From NCBI RefSeq assembly GCF_001194135.2, contig NC_068985.1, forward strand, positions 100,439,090 through 100,503,089: a stretch of 64,000 nucleotides of DNA, read 5' to 3'. The notes beneath the pieces are model-generated. The model worked only from the letters and a program-made list of their open reading frames with translations. It was not told the origin of the DNA and searched no databases. Positions 1 to 13,473 of the stretch are shown here, piece by piece; the stretch's first letter is position 1; every line of letters starts with the position of its first letter. The stretch comes from Octopus bimaculoides (taxonomy: Eukaryota). The position numbers were made by a program, and so were the translations under genes.

Positions 1-92
1 CATCATCATCATCATCATCATCATTATCATCATTGTCGTTATCCTCCTCCTTCACGACGACGACGACGACGACCACCACCACCACCACCACT
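1..92. repeat. Compound trinucleotide microsatellite (CAT)n/(GAC)n/(CAC)n
   Basis: Directly visible. Confidence 0.95.
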
Positions 93-1428
93 TTCTGAGA
101 AGATAAAGCTGTATGGATTCTATAGTATGTGACATTTATTGTCTGTTAAGCTTAATAAGATTCTCGTCAGTTGTCGAATACTGTCAATACTTATATTTGT
201 GAATTGCTCTGCGCTTTGATTTATCTCGCTCCCAGCTCTATATTCATATTAGATCATATGAAAGAAGGTCGTTTTGAGATTGAAACCTTAACTTTAAAAT
301 CCTAATTGATGCCTTACTAATTGTCTTTGAATATTAAATGTATCTTTTGTGAAACCATATATTCACGAATCGACTTGAACACGATTTTATACAATACGCA
401 TATTCATTAAAAGTTGCCTACTCCATAATTTGTTGTTCGCTCTTATTGATGAATTCCGGCACGTATTCTTAAGCAAGCATTTGCAGCAGTGCTTCATTGT
501 GCAATTGAATAGAAGCCTTTTCTTATTTCATTTTCGCATCAGTTCAGTAGCAGTTGGAATTTACTAACTAATGATGTTATGGTTTCAACTTCAGAAATCA
601 ATAGATGGTCAAGTTACACATGAGCGAACAAAGTTTATGATTCTTACAATCGCTACTGTGTTTGAAAACAATAATTAAACGAGTAAAGATTTACAATTAA
701 CAATCTATTGTATCACTTGAAGACGAGCTAATTACAACTAGACTAATCTAAGCAAACCTTAACAAATATATATGGGCAATTGTTAATAAATTTCACAACC
801 AATGAGAGAGAATTGTGCCTGATATAATGATACATAAGCATACTAAATAATAGTGGAGCAACAGATTACCTTCCAGCCCGCTTGGATTTTTATCCCTGCA
901 GATATAAGACCGTCCCATGTTTCATAAACTTCAGATAATCATACAATCATCATATCAGGGATATTAAATGTTTGTTAGACAATATTGAGATTTAAAAGGC
1001 GTAGAGTTGCTTAAGGAATGGTAGCACATAGATACATACATAGATACATACATGCTTACATTAACGCTAAACCGAAGATTTCTATCTTTAGTAGCATATA
1101 AGACCTGGATTGTAATACTTGAGTCACATATCTATCAATGAAACAAAACTAGCAGCTATTAAGAAACATCTTGCTGAAGTTTGCTGGTATGAAAATACAA
1201 CAGCTAGTAGGACAGCCAATGGACTTTCGCAGAAACATAATGCTCTCTTTTGAAGTATCCTTGGATCCTTTAGTGCTTTCTTCCGAAGGATCCTTGGGAA
1301 AATGCTACAGAACGCAGCAACAAAAGAAAGGACAAGCTACAGAGGAATCGTCAAATAGTCGCTTGATTTGTAAATAATATCAACCAAATCTTTATCAAAT
1401 TATATCTGACTGTCTTCAAAATGAAATA

Positions 1429-1773
1429 TACGAGATGCACTCAAACGGTATCCGACCTTTGGGCATAAAAAAAGAACAATTTTAACATTTCACAATTTTT
1501 ATCTAATCACCTTCAAAATACTCCCCTTGGAAGTTCACTCATTTCTTCCAGCGGATCTGCCACTGCTGGTAACATCTCTGGAACGTCATCTCTGGAATGC
1601 TCTGGAGATCCACCGTCAATTTTCTTTTAACTTCCTTTCGCGACTCAAATCGCTTCCCTTTCAACGTAGTTTTCAGTTTGTGTGAAGAACCAGAAGTCAC
1701 ACAGTGCCATGACGGGTAAATAGAGGACCTGTTGAACAAATGGTGTGTAATTCTTGACTAGGCAAACTTGGAC
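1429..1773 (-). mobile_element. Tc1/mariner transposon 3' fragment (transposase pseudogene)
   Basis: TA + TIR-like CGAGATGCACTCAAACGGTATCCGAC at 1429. The minus strand encodes KLKTTLKGKRFESRKEVK...FQRCYQQWQIRWKK*...QGEYFEGD, the mariner C-terminus that follows a degraded YSPDLAP motif. Confidence 0.9.
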
Positions 1774-2358
1774 TACCTGGTGCGTTCAAAAGGTATCCGA
1801 CTTTATTTTTTCGCCGACAATCTCCGCATACGAAAATCCTCCGTTAAAAGGGAGCATACATATTCCCACTTCGTGAGTAATTTCCTGGATTGTCACGTAA
1901 CGGTGTACCATGACTATTCGCCGAACTTTCTCAATCGGTTCCTCGTTTCGGCTTGTGGATGGCCTGCCTGAGCATGCCTCACTCCCCACTGAAGTGCAGC
2001 CATGTTTGAAACGGTCGTACAACTCCTTGATCTGAGTTTGCCCATGGTATCATCACCAAAGGCTTGCTGAATCTTCTGGATGGTTTAGTTTGAATATCAA
2101 TAAGCTTTTGGCAAAAACTTTATGGTATATCTCTATTCGATGTTTTCGGTCATCTCGCGTGAAAATGAAAATCTGACGAACACACACTACAAGTCTGTAT
2201 TCCAGGCCTCACAGCCGGAAACTGAGGGGGCATACTGGCGCAAAAATTTTCAATCTTGCGCGGGAAGAGTGGCGTCACCTCCCATCTAAAGTATTTTTCC
2301 CCGCGGAGCTAGATTTTACGGGAAAATAACGTCGGATACATTTTGAACGCACGTCGTA
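1774..2358 (-). mobile_element. Internally deleted mariner (MITE-like) with both TIRs and TA target sites
   Basis: Inverted termini TACCTGGTGCGTTCAAAAGGTATCCGACTTTATTTT (1774) and its near reverse complement ending at 2358. HTH region RFKHGCTSVGSEACSGRPSTSRNEEPIEKVRRIV, then LTEDFRMRRLSAK fused directly to the TIR. Confidence 0.88.
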
Positions 2359-3252
2359 TGTTCTGGGTTTATTATACCTTAACTAAAATCCTGGGTATAT
2401 TCTACCTTAACCAAAAACAATGTTGACGCTGGCTCTAATTGTATTCCCTAAGGTTAACCTTAGATTTAAGCACTAGCATCCACAAAAAAAAAACAAAAAA
2501 AACATGAACTATCTGCAGAATCCTTACATGGCAGATTGACCTTCTAGAGAAAGATGCCGAAAGTAAAATCTGCTGTCTAATAAATAGGAGTCGCTTGGAT
2601 GATGTAGTCCACGTTATGAATGAAAAATGGATGGTCATAACTAGTAACAATTTTGATAAGTCTGTTTTGTCGATCCAAATTGATATGACGTTTAAACAAC
2701 AGATAACCTCAAACAAAACTCAAAGAAAAACAAGAGACAAATCTACAGAGACGGCTGTATCCGAAAATGGAGATTATATGAGGGAATCAACCATAATAAA
2801 GCCGAGCCGTGATTACTGCAAACTATGTAACATCTCCTTTTGAGATTTCTTTCATGTAATCCAGAATAAAGGTATATACACCAAAAAATATTTGGAACAA
2901 TGTCAAAAACCTCAGTTGATCGGTTGATTATTGATATAATAAACAGCGTAAACTGAAAACTGACAACCTTATCCGCATCACTAACAATTCCCAGATAACG
3001 TTCATGAGATACGACTTCGCAATTCGGCATGAAGTATTCGAGGCAAATCTTCAAATCACATCCAACCGTCTTAAAAAGATGAATATATTTGTATAATGCA
3101 CTATTTACATTCAACGGATACTTGTCCTCATCTTGTTTGTTGTAAACACAACGTTTCGGCTGATATACACTCAAGCTTTCTTCAGGCATCTTGGGGAAAT
3201 TTCGAACCACTTAGCTCTATATTGCCATTGCAGATACTGCTTATATATATAT

Positions 3253-4172
3253 NNNNNNNNNNNNNNNNNNNNNNNNNNNNNNNNNNNNNNNNNNNNNNNN
3301 NNNNNNNNNNNNNNNNNNNNNNNNNNNNNNNNNNNNNNNNNNNNNNNNNNNNNNNNNNNNNNNNNNNNNNNNNNNNNNNNNNNNNNNNNNNNNNNNNNNN
3401 NNNNNNNNNNNNNNNNNNNNNNNNNNNNNNNNNNNNNNNNNNNNNNNNNNNNNNNNNNNNNNNNNNNNNNNNNNNNNNNNNNNNNNNNNNNNNNNNNNNN
3501 NNNNNNNNNNNNNNNNNNNNNNNNNNNNNNNNNNNNNNNNNNNNNNNNNNNNNNNNNNNNNNNNNNNNNNNNNNNNNNNNNNNNNNNNNNNNNNNNNNNN
3601 NNNNNNNNNNNNNNNNNNNNNNNNNNNNNNNNNNNNNNNNNNNNNNNNNNNNNNNNNNNNNNNNNNNNNNNNNNNNNNNNNNNNNNNNNNNNNNNNNNNN
3701 NNNNNNNNNNNNNNNNNNNNNNNNNNNNNNNNNNNNNNNNNNNNNNNNNNNNNNNNNNNNNNNNNNNNNNNNNNNNNNNNNNNNNNNNNNNNNNNNNNNN
3801 NNNNNNNNNNNNNNNNNNNNNNNNNNNNNNNNNNNNNNNNNNNNNNNNNNNNNNNNNNNNNNNNNNNNNNNNNNNNNNNNNNNNNNNNNNNNNNNNNNNN
3901 NNNNNNNNNNNNNNNNNNNNNNNNNNNNNNNNNNNNNNNNNNNNNNNNNNNNNNNNNNNNNNNNNNNNNNNNNNNNNNNNNNNNNNNNNNNNNNNNNNNN
4001 NNNNNNNNNNNNNNNNNNNNNNNNNNNNNNNNNNNNNNNNNNNNNNNNNNNNNNNNNNNNNNNNNNNNNNNNNNNNNNNNNNNNNNNNNNNNNNNNNNNN
4101 NNNNNNNNNNNNNNNNNNNNNNNNNNNNNNNNNNNNNNNNNNNNNNNNNNNNNNNNNNNNNNNNNNNNNNNN
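3253..4172. other. Largest assembly gap (N run); 17 further gaps start near 5568, 7571, 9252, 16725, 24789, 27988, 32819, 33938, 34603, 38269, 39822, 44068, 54621, 55719, 59079, 59574, 63538
   Basis: N runs, nearly all bounded by (TA)n, (CA)n or (CT)n tracts. Confidence 0.99.
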
Positions 4173-4217
<45 letters not shown>

Positions 4218-4223
4218 TACACA

Positions 4224-4362
4224 GGACGGGCTTCTTTCAGGTTGCATCTATCAAATCCGCTCACAAGGCTTTGGTCGCCCTGAGGCTATAGTAGAATAAA
4301 CTTGAACCCGGAACCATGTGGTTAGGAAGCAAGCGTTTTACTACGCAGCTACGCCTCCGCCT
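4224..4362 (-). mobile_element. tRNA-derived SINE family B, 5' part with internal deletion
   Basis: Reverse-complement match to the full copy at 56078-56480. Confidence 0.85.
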
Positions 4363-4863
4363 ATGGAGAACAATAAAGATTCAGGAAACCTTCTGAAATT
4401 CAAAATGGAGGTTGTTTGTGCAAATGGCAACGAAGTAAAAAAAGAATACCATCCTGCTTTTTTTTTGTTTCTTTTTTTTTTTAATTCAATTTAATTAAGT
4501 TATTTATTTTAAATATATATTTTTATTCTTTACAAACTTGCAACCAAACAGACGGCTGATCGAAAAAAAATTGAAATCATAACCAGGAAGAGAATAATAA
4601 ATAAGTATTTTGCTCACAGTTATACAGATATGTAGGCAAGCGGACGTAAACTCAGACACATCAAGTGATCAACGCTTCAATAGAAATGAATTAATAATCA
4701 TTGATTTTTTTAAACATTACTACATTTTTATACCAGCATAATACTTTCTTTCTCTTTTTTTTTTAAAGTTTATTTTAGCCTTTAACATTTTTCAAATGTT
4801 TTACTACTTTGAAAATAACGCATTTATATCTAATAATTAATTGCATTCCTTCGTATTGTATTG

Positions 4864-4867
4864 GCGT

Positions 4868-4916
<49 letters not shown>

Positions 4917-4958
4917 CATGCATACTAATATATATATATATGTATATATACATACATA

Positions 4959-4998
<40 letters not shown>

Positions 4999-5072
4999 CA
5001 TGCATACATATATATAGACACACATATATATTCATACATATATATTTATACACAATTATATATATGTATGTA

Positions 5073-5107
<35 letters not shown>

Positions 5108-5171
5108 ACACACATGTATATATATTACCACATATACCTATATACACATATATATGATTATATGTACACTT

Positions 5172-5226
<55 letters not shown>

Positions 5227-5784
5227 TATACTTATACCTATACACCTACACACAGAGGCATACACACACACGCAAACACACACGCACAGAAGTACACACA
5301 CTCACACATACACATTAACATATGCAAGTATATATTCTCGCATGTACGTGTATAAGCGTGCGTGTTAGTGATTGTACCCTTTTGTGCGCGCGCGCGCGTG
5401 TGCGCGTGTGTGTGTGTGTGAATTGATCTACAAATATCGACTTGGATATTAATGTACATATTATGCAGTTCTTTTATTACTGAGTTTGTTTTAACCGTCA
5501 CGTCTAATACAAAGCCCTGTCGGCGCACCACCTTTCAAATTAAAAGCTACATTCATCTCGTTCATATNNNNNNNNNNNNNNNNNNNNNNNNNNNNNNNNN
5601 NNNNNNNNNNNNNNNNNNNNNNNNNNNNNNNNNNNNNNNNNNNNNNNNNNNNNNNNNNNNNNNNNNNNNNNNNNNNNNNNNNNNNNNNNNNNNNNNNNNN
5701 NNNNNNNNNNNNNNNNNNNNNNNNNTATATATATATATATAAATCCATATACATATATGCATACACACTCACACATATACATAT

Positions 5785-5857
<73 letters not shown>

Positions 5858-5975
5858 AACTTACAATCATTGTTGTACATAGAGTGTATTTATGAAGTTG
5901 CATTTGAAGATATAATTGAATATATACACACAATGAATGCACGTATGTATGCATATATACATATATATATAAATG
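4864..5975. repeat. Long compound (TA)n/(CA)n/(TACA)n microsatellite field spanning a gap
   Basis: Directly visible; explains all HT/IY/VC-repeat ORFs here. Confidence 0.9.
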
Positions 5976-6641
5976 CATACGTATATTAGGTTTGCATAAA
6001 TATGTTCATATTATATACTAAGAAATATAATTAAATTTCATTATTCGTTCACTTACATCAATAGCCCTCAACCCATATTCGTTCATGGCCTCCTCTCACT
6101 GAACTTTACTTATCTGTGTAACCCTCTCATAGTGACTTTTAGTTGGGAAAAAATAAATGTTATTTCACCATTTGCAATGCTTATTAATTGCATCTGTTTG
6201 ACATAAAAGCAAAAGTGTTTGTAGTAGCGATATACAAACGACCATTGCTATGCAGATAAAGTTGTATATTAGAATACAAAATCTCATAAAGACTTAAAAG
6301 TGCGGTAGGAAAATAATTCATAAGGTCTACAAAAACGTAAATTTTAGCATTGTGTAGTTTATACAAAAAGAAAGATTCTGAGAAATATAAAAGGCATAAC
6401 CACAAGCAGTATGCATGTAATTACTTTATTCAGTATAATAATAGTAGGCGTTGAAAGCTCAATCCGTAGCTACAGGTTTGTTAGTGAGAACAGGAGATCA
6501 ATCCTTATAATATAGTAGGCGTCCTACAAAAACTGGATGCTCACATTTGATCTGGCTGCTAGAACTAGCAGCTATATTCCGTTCAATCATAGTTTAGACT
6601 GTTATAAAATGAACGACTTACTGAATAATAGTCTTCGAATT

Positions 6642-6770
6642 TGTAGAACCATCAGAGTATCAGACGAAATGTTTTGTGGCTTTTATTTTAGTGTCTTGCG
6701 TTCTGCGTTCAAATTCTACTATGTTTAACTTTGCCTTTCATCTTCCTGGTTCGGATAAATAGCTACCACC
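6642..6770 (+). mobile_element. SINE family A, degenerate
   Basis: GTTCTGCGTTCAAATTC...TTTGCCTTTCATCTTCC...GATAAAT core shared with other A copies. Confidence 0.7.
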
Positions 6771-6789
6771 CTAGATACTAGGGTTGCGA

Positions 6790-7165
6790 ACTTATGGAAT
6801 ATTTAAAATGTCGGATGTGGTATAGCTGCCGCTTTTTCTATTCTGAGAAGTCCTGCAATGACTTATTCGGGTGATAAGTTTAATCCAACGTTTAGCTTAA
6901 CACAATCCAATGGGGCATTGGATATTTTTAGCAGAGTCCACTCTGTTGCTAGCATTTGTTCATGTCCTCTTGGCAGTATAGTTGCTATTCGTTATTGTCT
7001 TACAACGAAAACATAAGGAGGAGCTATTCTTAAAGTTGGCTGATCATACAAATAAAATGCTGCAGACTGAATAGTGATTGAGAAATAATTTTAGCTGGTG
7101 TTGAATTTTTTCACACCCATAGAAGCACGAAACGCTCCTGACGAACATGCATTCGTGAGATAATT
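6790..7165 (+). mobile_element. Possible Penelope-like element relic (GIY-YIG C-terminal end)
   Basis: Broken frames read TIQWGI, ICSCPL and EELFLKLADHTNKML, resembling the PLE C-terminal pattern W-I..C-LC..ELxSKCRHxNK. A CTGACGA motif follows at 7138. Heavily decayed. Confidence 0.35.
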
Positions 7166-7404
7166 GTGATCTGTAAACAGTTTTGAGTAGAAACCAGAAA
7201 AAGAAGTTTGAACAGGCAATGCGCATGTGTACACTGAATTCGTAAAACGGAATAGAAGAATAAAAGCGCAATGCGCATGTCAAAATAAAATGGAAAGAGA
7301 AGAATAAAAACGGCATGTTAAGCAAGTTATAAGATCATCTGCATGTGACGTCTGACACCACTTTAACGCACCTTTGCTGAAATTTTCTAGTTTGCACTTA
7401 GATT

Positions 7405-7530
7405 TATACCGAGCCACACGGTTTCGGGTTCAGTCCCTCTGAGTGACGCCGTTGGCAAGTGTCTTTTACTATAAGCCCGGGCCGAACAAAGCGTTGTGAG
7501 TGAATTTGGTAGACGGAAACTGAGAGAAAT
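7405..7530 (+). mobile_element. SINE family B, 5' half
   Basis: GGGTTCAGTCCC B-box, then GGCAAGTGTCTTTTACTATA...GTGAGTGAATTTGGTAGACGGAAACTGA. Confidence 0.85.
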
Positions 7531-7817
7531 CCTTCGTATATTTTATATATATTTATATATATATATATATNNNNNNNNNNNNNNNNNNNNNNNNNNNNNN
7601 NNNNNNNNNNNNNNNNNNNNNNNNNNNNNNNNNNNNNNNNNNNNNNNNNNNNNNNNNNNNNNNNNNNNNNNNNNNNNNNNNNNNNNNNNNNNNNNNNNNN
7701 NNNNNNNNNNNNNNNNNNNNNNNNNNNNNNNNNNNNNNNNNNNNNNNNNNNNNNNNNNNNNNNNNNNNNNNNNNNNNNNNNNNNNNNNNNNNNNNNNNNN
7801 NNNNNNGTATATATATG

Positions 7818-7862
<45 letters not shown>

Positions 7863-8499
7863 ATATATATATATGTATGTATATATATATATATGTATGT
7901 ATATATATATATGTATGTATATATATATATGTATGTATATATATATATGTATGTATATATATATGTATGTATGTATATGTAAGTATACATATAGGTATGT
8001 ATTTTATGTATGTATTTTATATTTGTAGACAAACATAATACATACGCATATATATTCAATTCCGTGTATGGATTAATACCGAGTTGTTATTTGTTTCATT
8101 GCAGAATAAAAAAATTAAAAAAAAAAAAAAATTCCCAGTCATTCTTCTGAGAATATGTAACAATTGACTTTCCACGAATGACCGAGATACACGTATTTAC
8201 ATATTGCAAATTTGATTTGAATTTCGTTATTATTATGGGATATAGGAACCAAGCAGTCAGTCACATTATTTTTATGGGGATTTTTACAAAAGAAAATCTC
8301 ATTTAATAACAATAGAATAAATATAGAAATAATTTCTTAATGAAAGCAATATTTAACAATTCGGCAATTGATTGAGAAAACAACAACGAACAAACAAACA
8401 AATATTAGGTAAAGGAAAATGTCTCGACAACTAATATTTTTCAAAACAGACGTACTTAACGTTTTTATTAGAGGAATGAAATTTCAGATTAGTTTAGTT

Positions 8500-8738
8500 G
8501 GATGCATCTCTGTCTGTCTGCCTGCCTCTCTGTTTGTCTCTCTCTCTTACTCTCTGTATCTCCCTATCTATCTGTCTGCATCTCTCTCTCTCTTCTCTAT
8601 CTATCTATCTATCTATCTGTCCGTCCGTTCGTCCATCCATCTATTTGTCTCTCAATCGATCTGACTCTCTACCTGTTTCTTCATCTATTTATTTATCTAT
8701 CTATCTATCTACCTGTCCGTCTGTCCATCTATCTATCT
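8500..8738. repeat. Complex (CT)n/(CTAT)n/(CTGT)n/(CCAT)n microsatellite
   Basis: Directly visible. Confidence 0.9.
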
Positions 8739-8916
8739 AACGGATTAAGTCGATTACATCGACTCCAGTGCGTAACTGGTACTTAATTTATCGACCCCGA
8801 GAGGATGAAAAGCAAAGTCGACCTCGGCGGAATTTGAACTCAGAACGTAACGGCAGACAAAATACCGCTAAGCATTTCGCTCGGCGTGCTAACGTTTCTG
8901 CCAGCTCACTGCCTTA
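8739..8916 (-). mobile_element. SINE family A, near full length
   Basis: Reverse complement of head GGCxGxGAGCTGGCAGAAACGTTAGCACG, B-box GAGTTCAAATTCC and core CTTTCATCC..GGGGTCGATAAATTAAGTACCAGT. Confidence 0.92.
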
Positions 8917-9068
8917 GGAATAAGAGAAATAATAACAACTTACACTCTGATTTGAGATTACAGGCGTTAGATAGAAATGTTTAATATGTTATTTACTATA
9001 CGATCAGATTCGTATATCAGAGTTTGGAAAGTAGAACCAGATTGCATTAATAAAAGTCATGCTGAAAA

Positions 9069-9132
9069 AGCAGCAAGCTGGTAGAATCGTTAGCCGGACA
9101 AAATGCTTAGCGGCATTTCGTTCGTTTTTACA
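9069..9132 (+). mobile_element. SINE family A head fragment
   Basis: GCAAGCTGGTAGAATCGTTAG..AAATGCTTAGCGGCATTTCG. Confidence 0.75.
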
Positions 9133-9195
9133 ATCACTAATTAACTATCAGCAGAAGTGAAATAGAATTAGCGTGTGTTCACTATTGGCGTAAAT

Positions 9196-9251
<56 letters not shown>

Positions 9252-10638
9252 NNNNNNNNNNNNNNNNNNNNNNNNNNNNNNNNNNNNNNNNNNNNNNNNN
9301 NNNNNNNNNNNNNNNNNNNNNNNNNNNNNNNNNNNNNNNNNNNNNNNNNNNNNNNNNNNNNNNNNNNNNNNNNNNNNNNNNNNNNNNNNNNNNNNNNNNN
9401 NNNNNNNNNNNNNNNNNNNNNNNNNNNNNNNNNNNNNNNNNNNNNNNNNNNNNNNNNNNNNNNNNNNNNNNNNNNNNNNNNNNNNNNNNNNNNNNNNNNN
9501 NNNNNNNNNNNNNNNNNNNNNNNNNNNNNNNNNNNNNNNNNNNNNNNNNNNNNNNNNNNNNNNNNNNNNNNNNNNNNNNNNNNNNNNNNNNNNNNNNNNN
9601 NNNNNNNNNNNNNNNNNNNNNNNNNNNNNNNNNNNNNNNNNNNNNNNNNNNNNNNNNNNNNNNNNNNNNNNNNNNNNNNNNNNNNNNNNNNNNNNNNNNN
9701 NNNNNNNNNNNNATATATACATGGATACACACATATGCGGCAGGAATTTTACACTTATTAAAAAGGTATAAATTAACGATTTCTGTCATACGATAAATTT
9801 AATATAATAAAAATTTGATTTAAGTAATTTTGGAATTGTGTTAACGCATATCCTCTGAGGTTCTATGAGGAAATGTCTCTTATATAAGCTACTGATTCAT
9901 TGCCTCTGCAGAGACTGATGAGAATCGGATACTTTATCCAATTTTCAAAGCAACAGTGAATGAGTAAGACATCTTGTAACCCCACTCAAATCTACCCCTG
10001 CCGATGGACATTAAGATAAATTTGAACATATCTAAATCAACGTTTTACTATATCATTACTATCATATCTAGCAACGGTTAATTTATATATAGTAAATACT
10101 GATTAATCTGACTAAATTTATAACTAATTCAATAAAAGTGTACAGATCCTACTCCATAAATATAATACAGTGTATTCAGTAGCCAGGTTTTGTCATATTG
10201 GTGATAATGGAATAATTTCAATAAAATTGAATGTGAATAAATAATCCGTTATTAATACGACACACTAGCATACGAGTATTTCATGTACATTTTGTAATAG
10301 ATTAGTTGTAATATCACAGTGAGAAACAGCCAATGAAGGAAATATGGTTTATAAACATAATATATATCAGAAAAAAAAAAAAATCATTGAAATATTTTCT
10401 ACCATTATTTAAAAAATTTGAAATCCATTTTACATGAAAACTATCTGATCTAAAAAATCTGCATACAAATGTAAGTATATATATGTATGTAGGTTATTTC
10501 AAGTCATTCTTAGTGCTATTAATAACATGTAATCCAGTACAAGCTGTCGCATGTTTGGGCCTTGCGGTAACTAAACCTGCACACAACCAGGCCTAGTTTT
10601 GGACACTCAGCAGGATGAGAAAGAAAAGTTTTGAAAGG

Positions 10639-10679
<41 letters not shown>

Positions 10680-12865
10680 CGTTCTGATGTTGATGTGCCT
10701 GAGTGTTTTTTCAAATGAAATTCTTGAAAATTAAAAAGACAAATTTATTTTACATTGTCTTACTCATTTTGCCCCGCCTAATTTTGTCTTTCGTATGCTC
10801 CAAGAGAATGGACATAAATTTCTGAAAAAGTGTTCTGAATATATTACAGTATTTTCAATGTATTTAGAGAATGGTAATTGCTTAGCTGATATTGATTTTC
10901 TAAGGTAGAAAACATTTGTAATACATGTATCTTTTCTGAAATTAAAAAAATGCAGCAAATATTATTTATGTCACACCCACCCCTAAGCCGAGGGAATGTC
11001 GAAAGAACCTGTAATCCCCAAATTTACTGCATTAGGGTTGAATTAACGATATATGAACAGGTAACGAAATGTCTTATCTACACGATCATTCTGTTTGCAT
11101 ATGATTTAGAATACATAAGGGTGTTTATACAAAGAGAACTCTCTAAGAACTTTTCAAAAGCCGAACAGAAGAAGCGAAACATTAGACGAAATGCAGTCAA
11201 TTCCAATCTATATCCTGCAGAAACAGGCTACAATTGAAAGGTCTACACTGATTGATATCCTGAAAGGAAAAGAAGGCGATTGAGTTCACATTTCCAGATG
11301 CAATTATTAAGTATTATGTTGTTAGCTAATAAAGTAGTAGCTACATTTCATAGCGGCGATCATTCCTTAATAATTCAACTCTTAGAGGTCAGATCTGTTC
11401 GGACAACTGAAAGCCATTCGTAATTGTCTTTTCAGAGTCGAACTACTGTTCACCCGTCTTCGCCCCTTCCCCGCTTACCTTAATCATTACCGTCGTATTC
11501 ATTGTCCTTGTTCACGGCATCATAACCATAGTAATCGTTACAAACACTGGCACCTTTATATATCCACTTCAACTCTTCCTCACCCTTTCCTACTTGCGTA
11601 CAATCACAATTATCGGTATCCATTTTATCACCATCTCATAAATCTCGAATTACAATGATATTTTGCTTGGCTTTGGATACGAGAAGAGTTAAAACTAGGT
11701 TTCAAAGGTATAACCTTGGTGGTTAACAAGATATCAGTTAAAATGAATTGAAAACACTCCTGCGGGGTAAATGACAGTAACAAAAGTTTGATTAAAACAT
11801 ATAGATCCAAAAGAAAATGACAACTGACATACTGTAGTGAAAACATGTAAAATTTCTGAAATAAAATGGCGAGAACCTTGAAAATATAGGATAATAAGCC
11901 AGAATTTAATTTAAAATTATCATCATTGCCTGACAGGAATAATCAAATATGCATATAACCATTTCAGTTGGCAAAGCATTGCTGGAAGTATTTTGGACAT
12001 TTTCATTTTCAGAGAAATATTTCTAACAGCATATCGTCTAAATTATTCATATAAAATAAGGTATGTTTGACCTTTTAGTTGAAGCCAGTGAAAGATATTT
12101 TAATGTTTGGAGACTGGAAGTTTGGCATTTAAGACACTCCTTTATTAGACGTATATTTTTATCTCATCTCGTCTTCGTTTTTATATTTATCTAACTGTCA
12201 CAGTATATGATGTTTGGTTATTATCGCAATTGACATAAACAAATTTGCCTCCTTCTCCATCGGCCTAGGATGGGAATATGTGACAGGTCTCGATATACGT
12301 GGAGCGTATTATTTAAATGCATGCAGTTGGAAATTTCACGTAGAATTTCAGATAAGTTTGTCATCTGCTTTACCCATTCACAAATGACAAGAAGTGGGCT
12401 TCAGAAAGCAAAGGTTGCTGGGAGAAAACAAATTTTATAGACAGATGTCAGTGCACTGTTTTTGGTGAAGGTAGATTCCAAGTTAAAAAATACTATATAA
12501 TATTACTTCTAGTAATATGATATATCTTTCTATAACTGGAAGTAGATTTTTTACCTCTCAAATTGCTCATAACAGATAAGCTGGTTTGGTAAGAAAAATT
12601 CTGCCTCCTGTAATAAAATACACACATTCAGTCATTTGAATCTAAAATGGCATTCAGTATAAGTAAGTCATTAGACTAATTAAATAAGTCTCGCTTATTA
12701 AAAACTTTCTATGTCCGGATTATCATAGGCCTATTCTCTCTCTCTCTCTCTCTTTCATACACTCTTCCTCCCTTCTAAAGACAATGTTTCCGAACATATT
12801 TTGTATATGGTATTTCTTCTTAAAACATTTTCCGAATCTAGAACTTTTCCTCTGTATCCATTCTC

Positions 12866-13060
12866 TGTTTCTCTAGCTTAGCTCTATACGAAAACTTACT
12901 TGGGGGTCCTAATTTTTGAATTGTATCATTATCTAATACATTTGGGTTTCCCTGATATCTGCGCATTAAATTTATTACGTTTCTTTTTAACTTTTCCGTT
13001 CTATTTCGAGGTCACTCCTCAATTAATGATTGTAATGCGAACGAGAGTAAATGAAATTGC
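12866..13060 (+). repeat. Unclassified ~190-bp dispersed repeat, copy 1 (copy 2 at 14193-14362)
   Basis: Colinear shared blocks TTTCTCTA.CTTAGC..T.TACGAAAACTT, TTGGGTTTCCCT and ACTCCTCAATTA..TGTAATG.GAACGAGA.TAAAT.AAAT. Confidence 0.75.
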
Positions 13061-13473
13061 TCTTGTTTTTTAATTCAACAAAATCGACGTTGAACAAATG
13101 CAGATTTATCATAAATTAAGTTACGAAGTTTGCATAGCAAAATTTAGGTTTACATTATTCACCTTTGGCCAATTAATTGGCTAAAAATAAATAGATGTAG
13201 ATTTATCATAAATTAAGTTACTGAATTATAAGAAAATTTAAGCTTTCTTTATAGGACTAAAGAATAGTCTGGACAAAAAAGTTACAAATCCTTTCAAATG
13301 TAAATGCATAGATGGATCCCACATTTCCGAGTACATGTAGTATGCTGACTGCAGTACGTACTACAGCTCAATAAAATAAAGTATTTGATTGATCAACTAC
13401 AAAAAGGTTTAATATCTTGACATTAATTCGCATCCAAAGCATACTTGCTGCTACTAATATTAATTCTGCTCCT

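Noticed and set aside
1060-1304. Minus-strand exon with a strong acceptor at 1305
   Set aside because: All three frames stop before the GTAAGC donor at 1059.
2743-3210. GPCR-like ERY motif in the 155-aa minus ORF
   Set aside because: Single short motif without a credible seven-helix pattern; an RT-thumb relic or chance is as likely.
9912-9963. 52-nt candidate exon TDENRILYPIFKATVN
   Set aside because: Good splice signals but no recognisable product or compatible partner; such sites arise by chance in AT-rich introns.
12269-12470. Plus-strand exon GWEYVTGLDIRG... resembling a PAN/apple module
   Set aside because: In-frame TGA at ~12384 before any good donor, and the cysteine pattern is absent.
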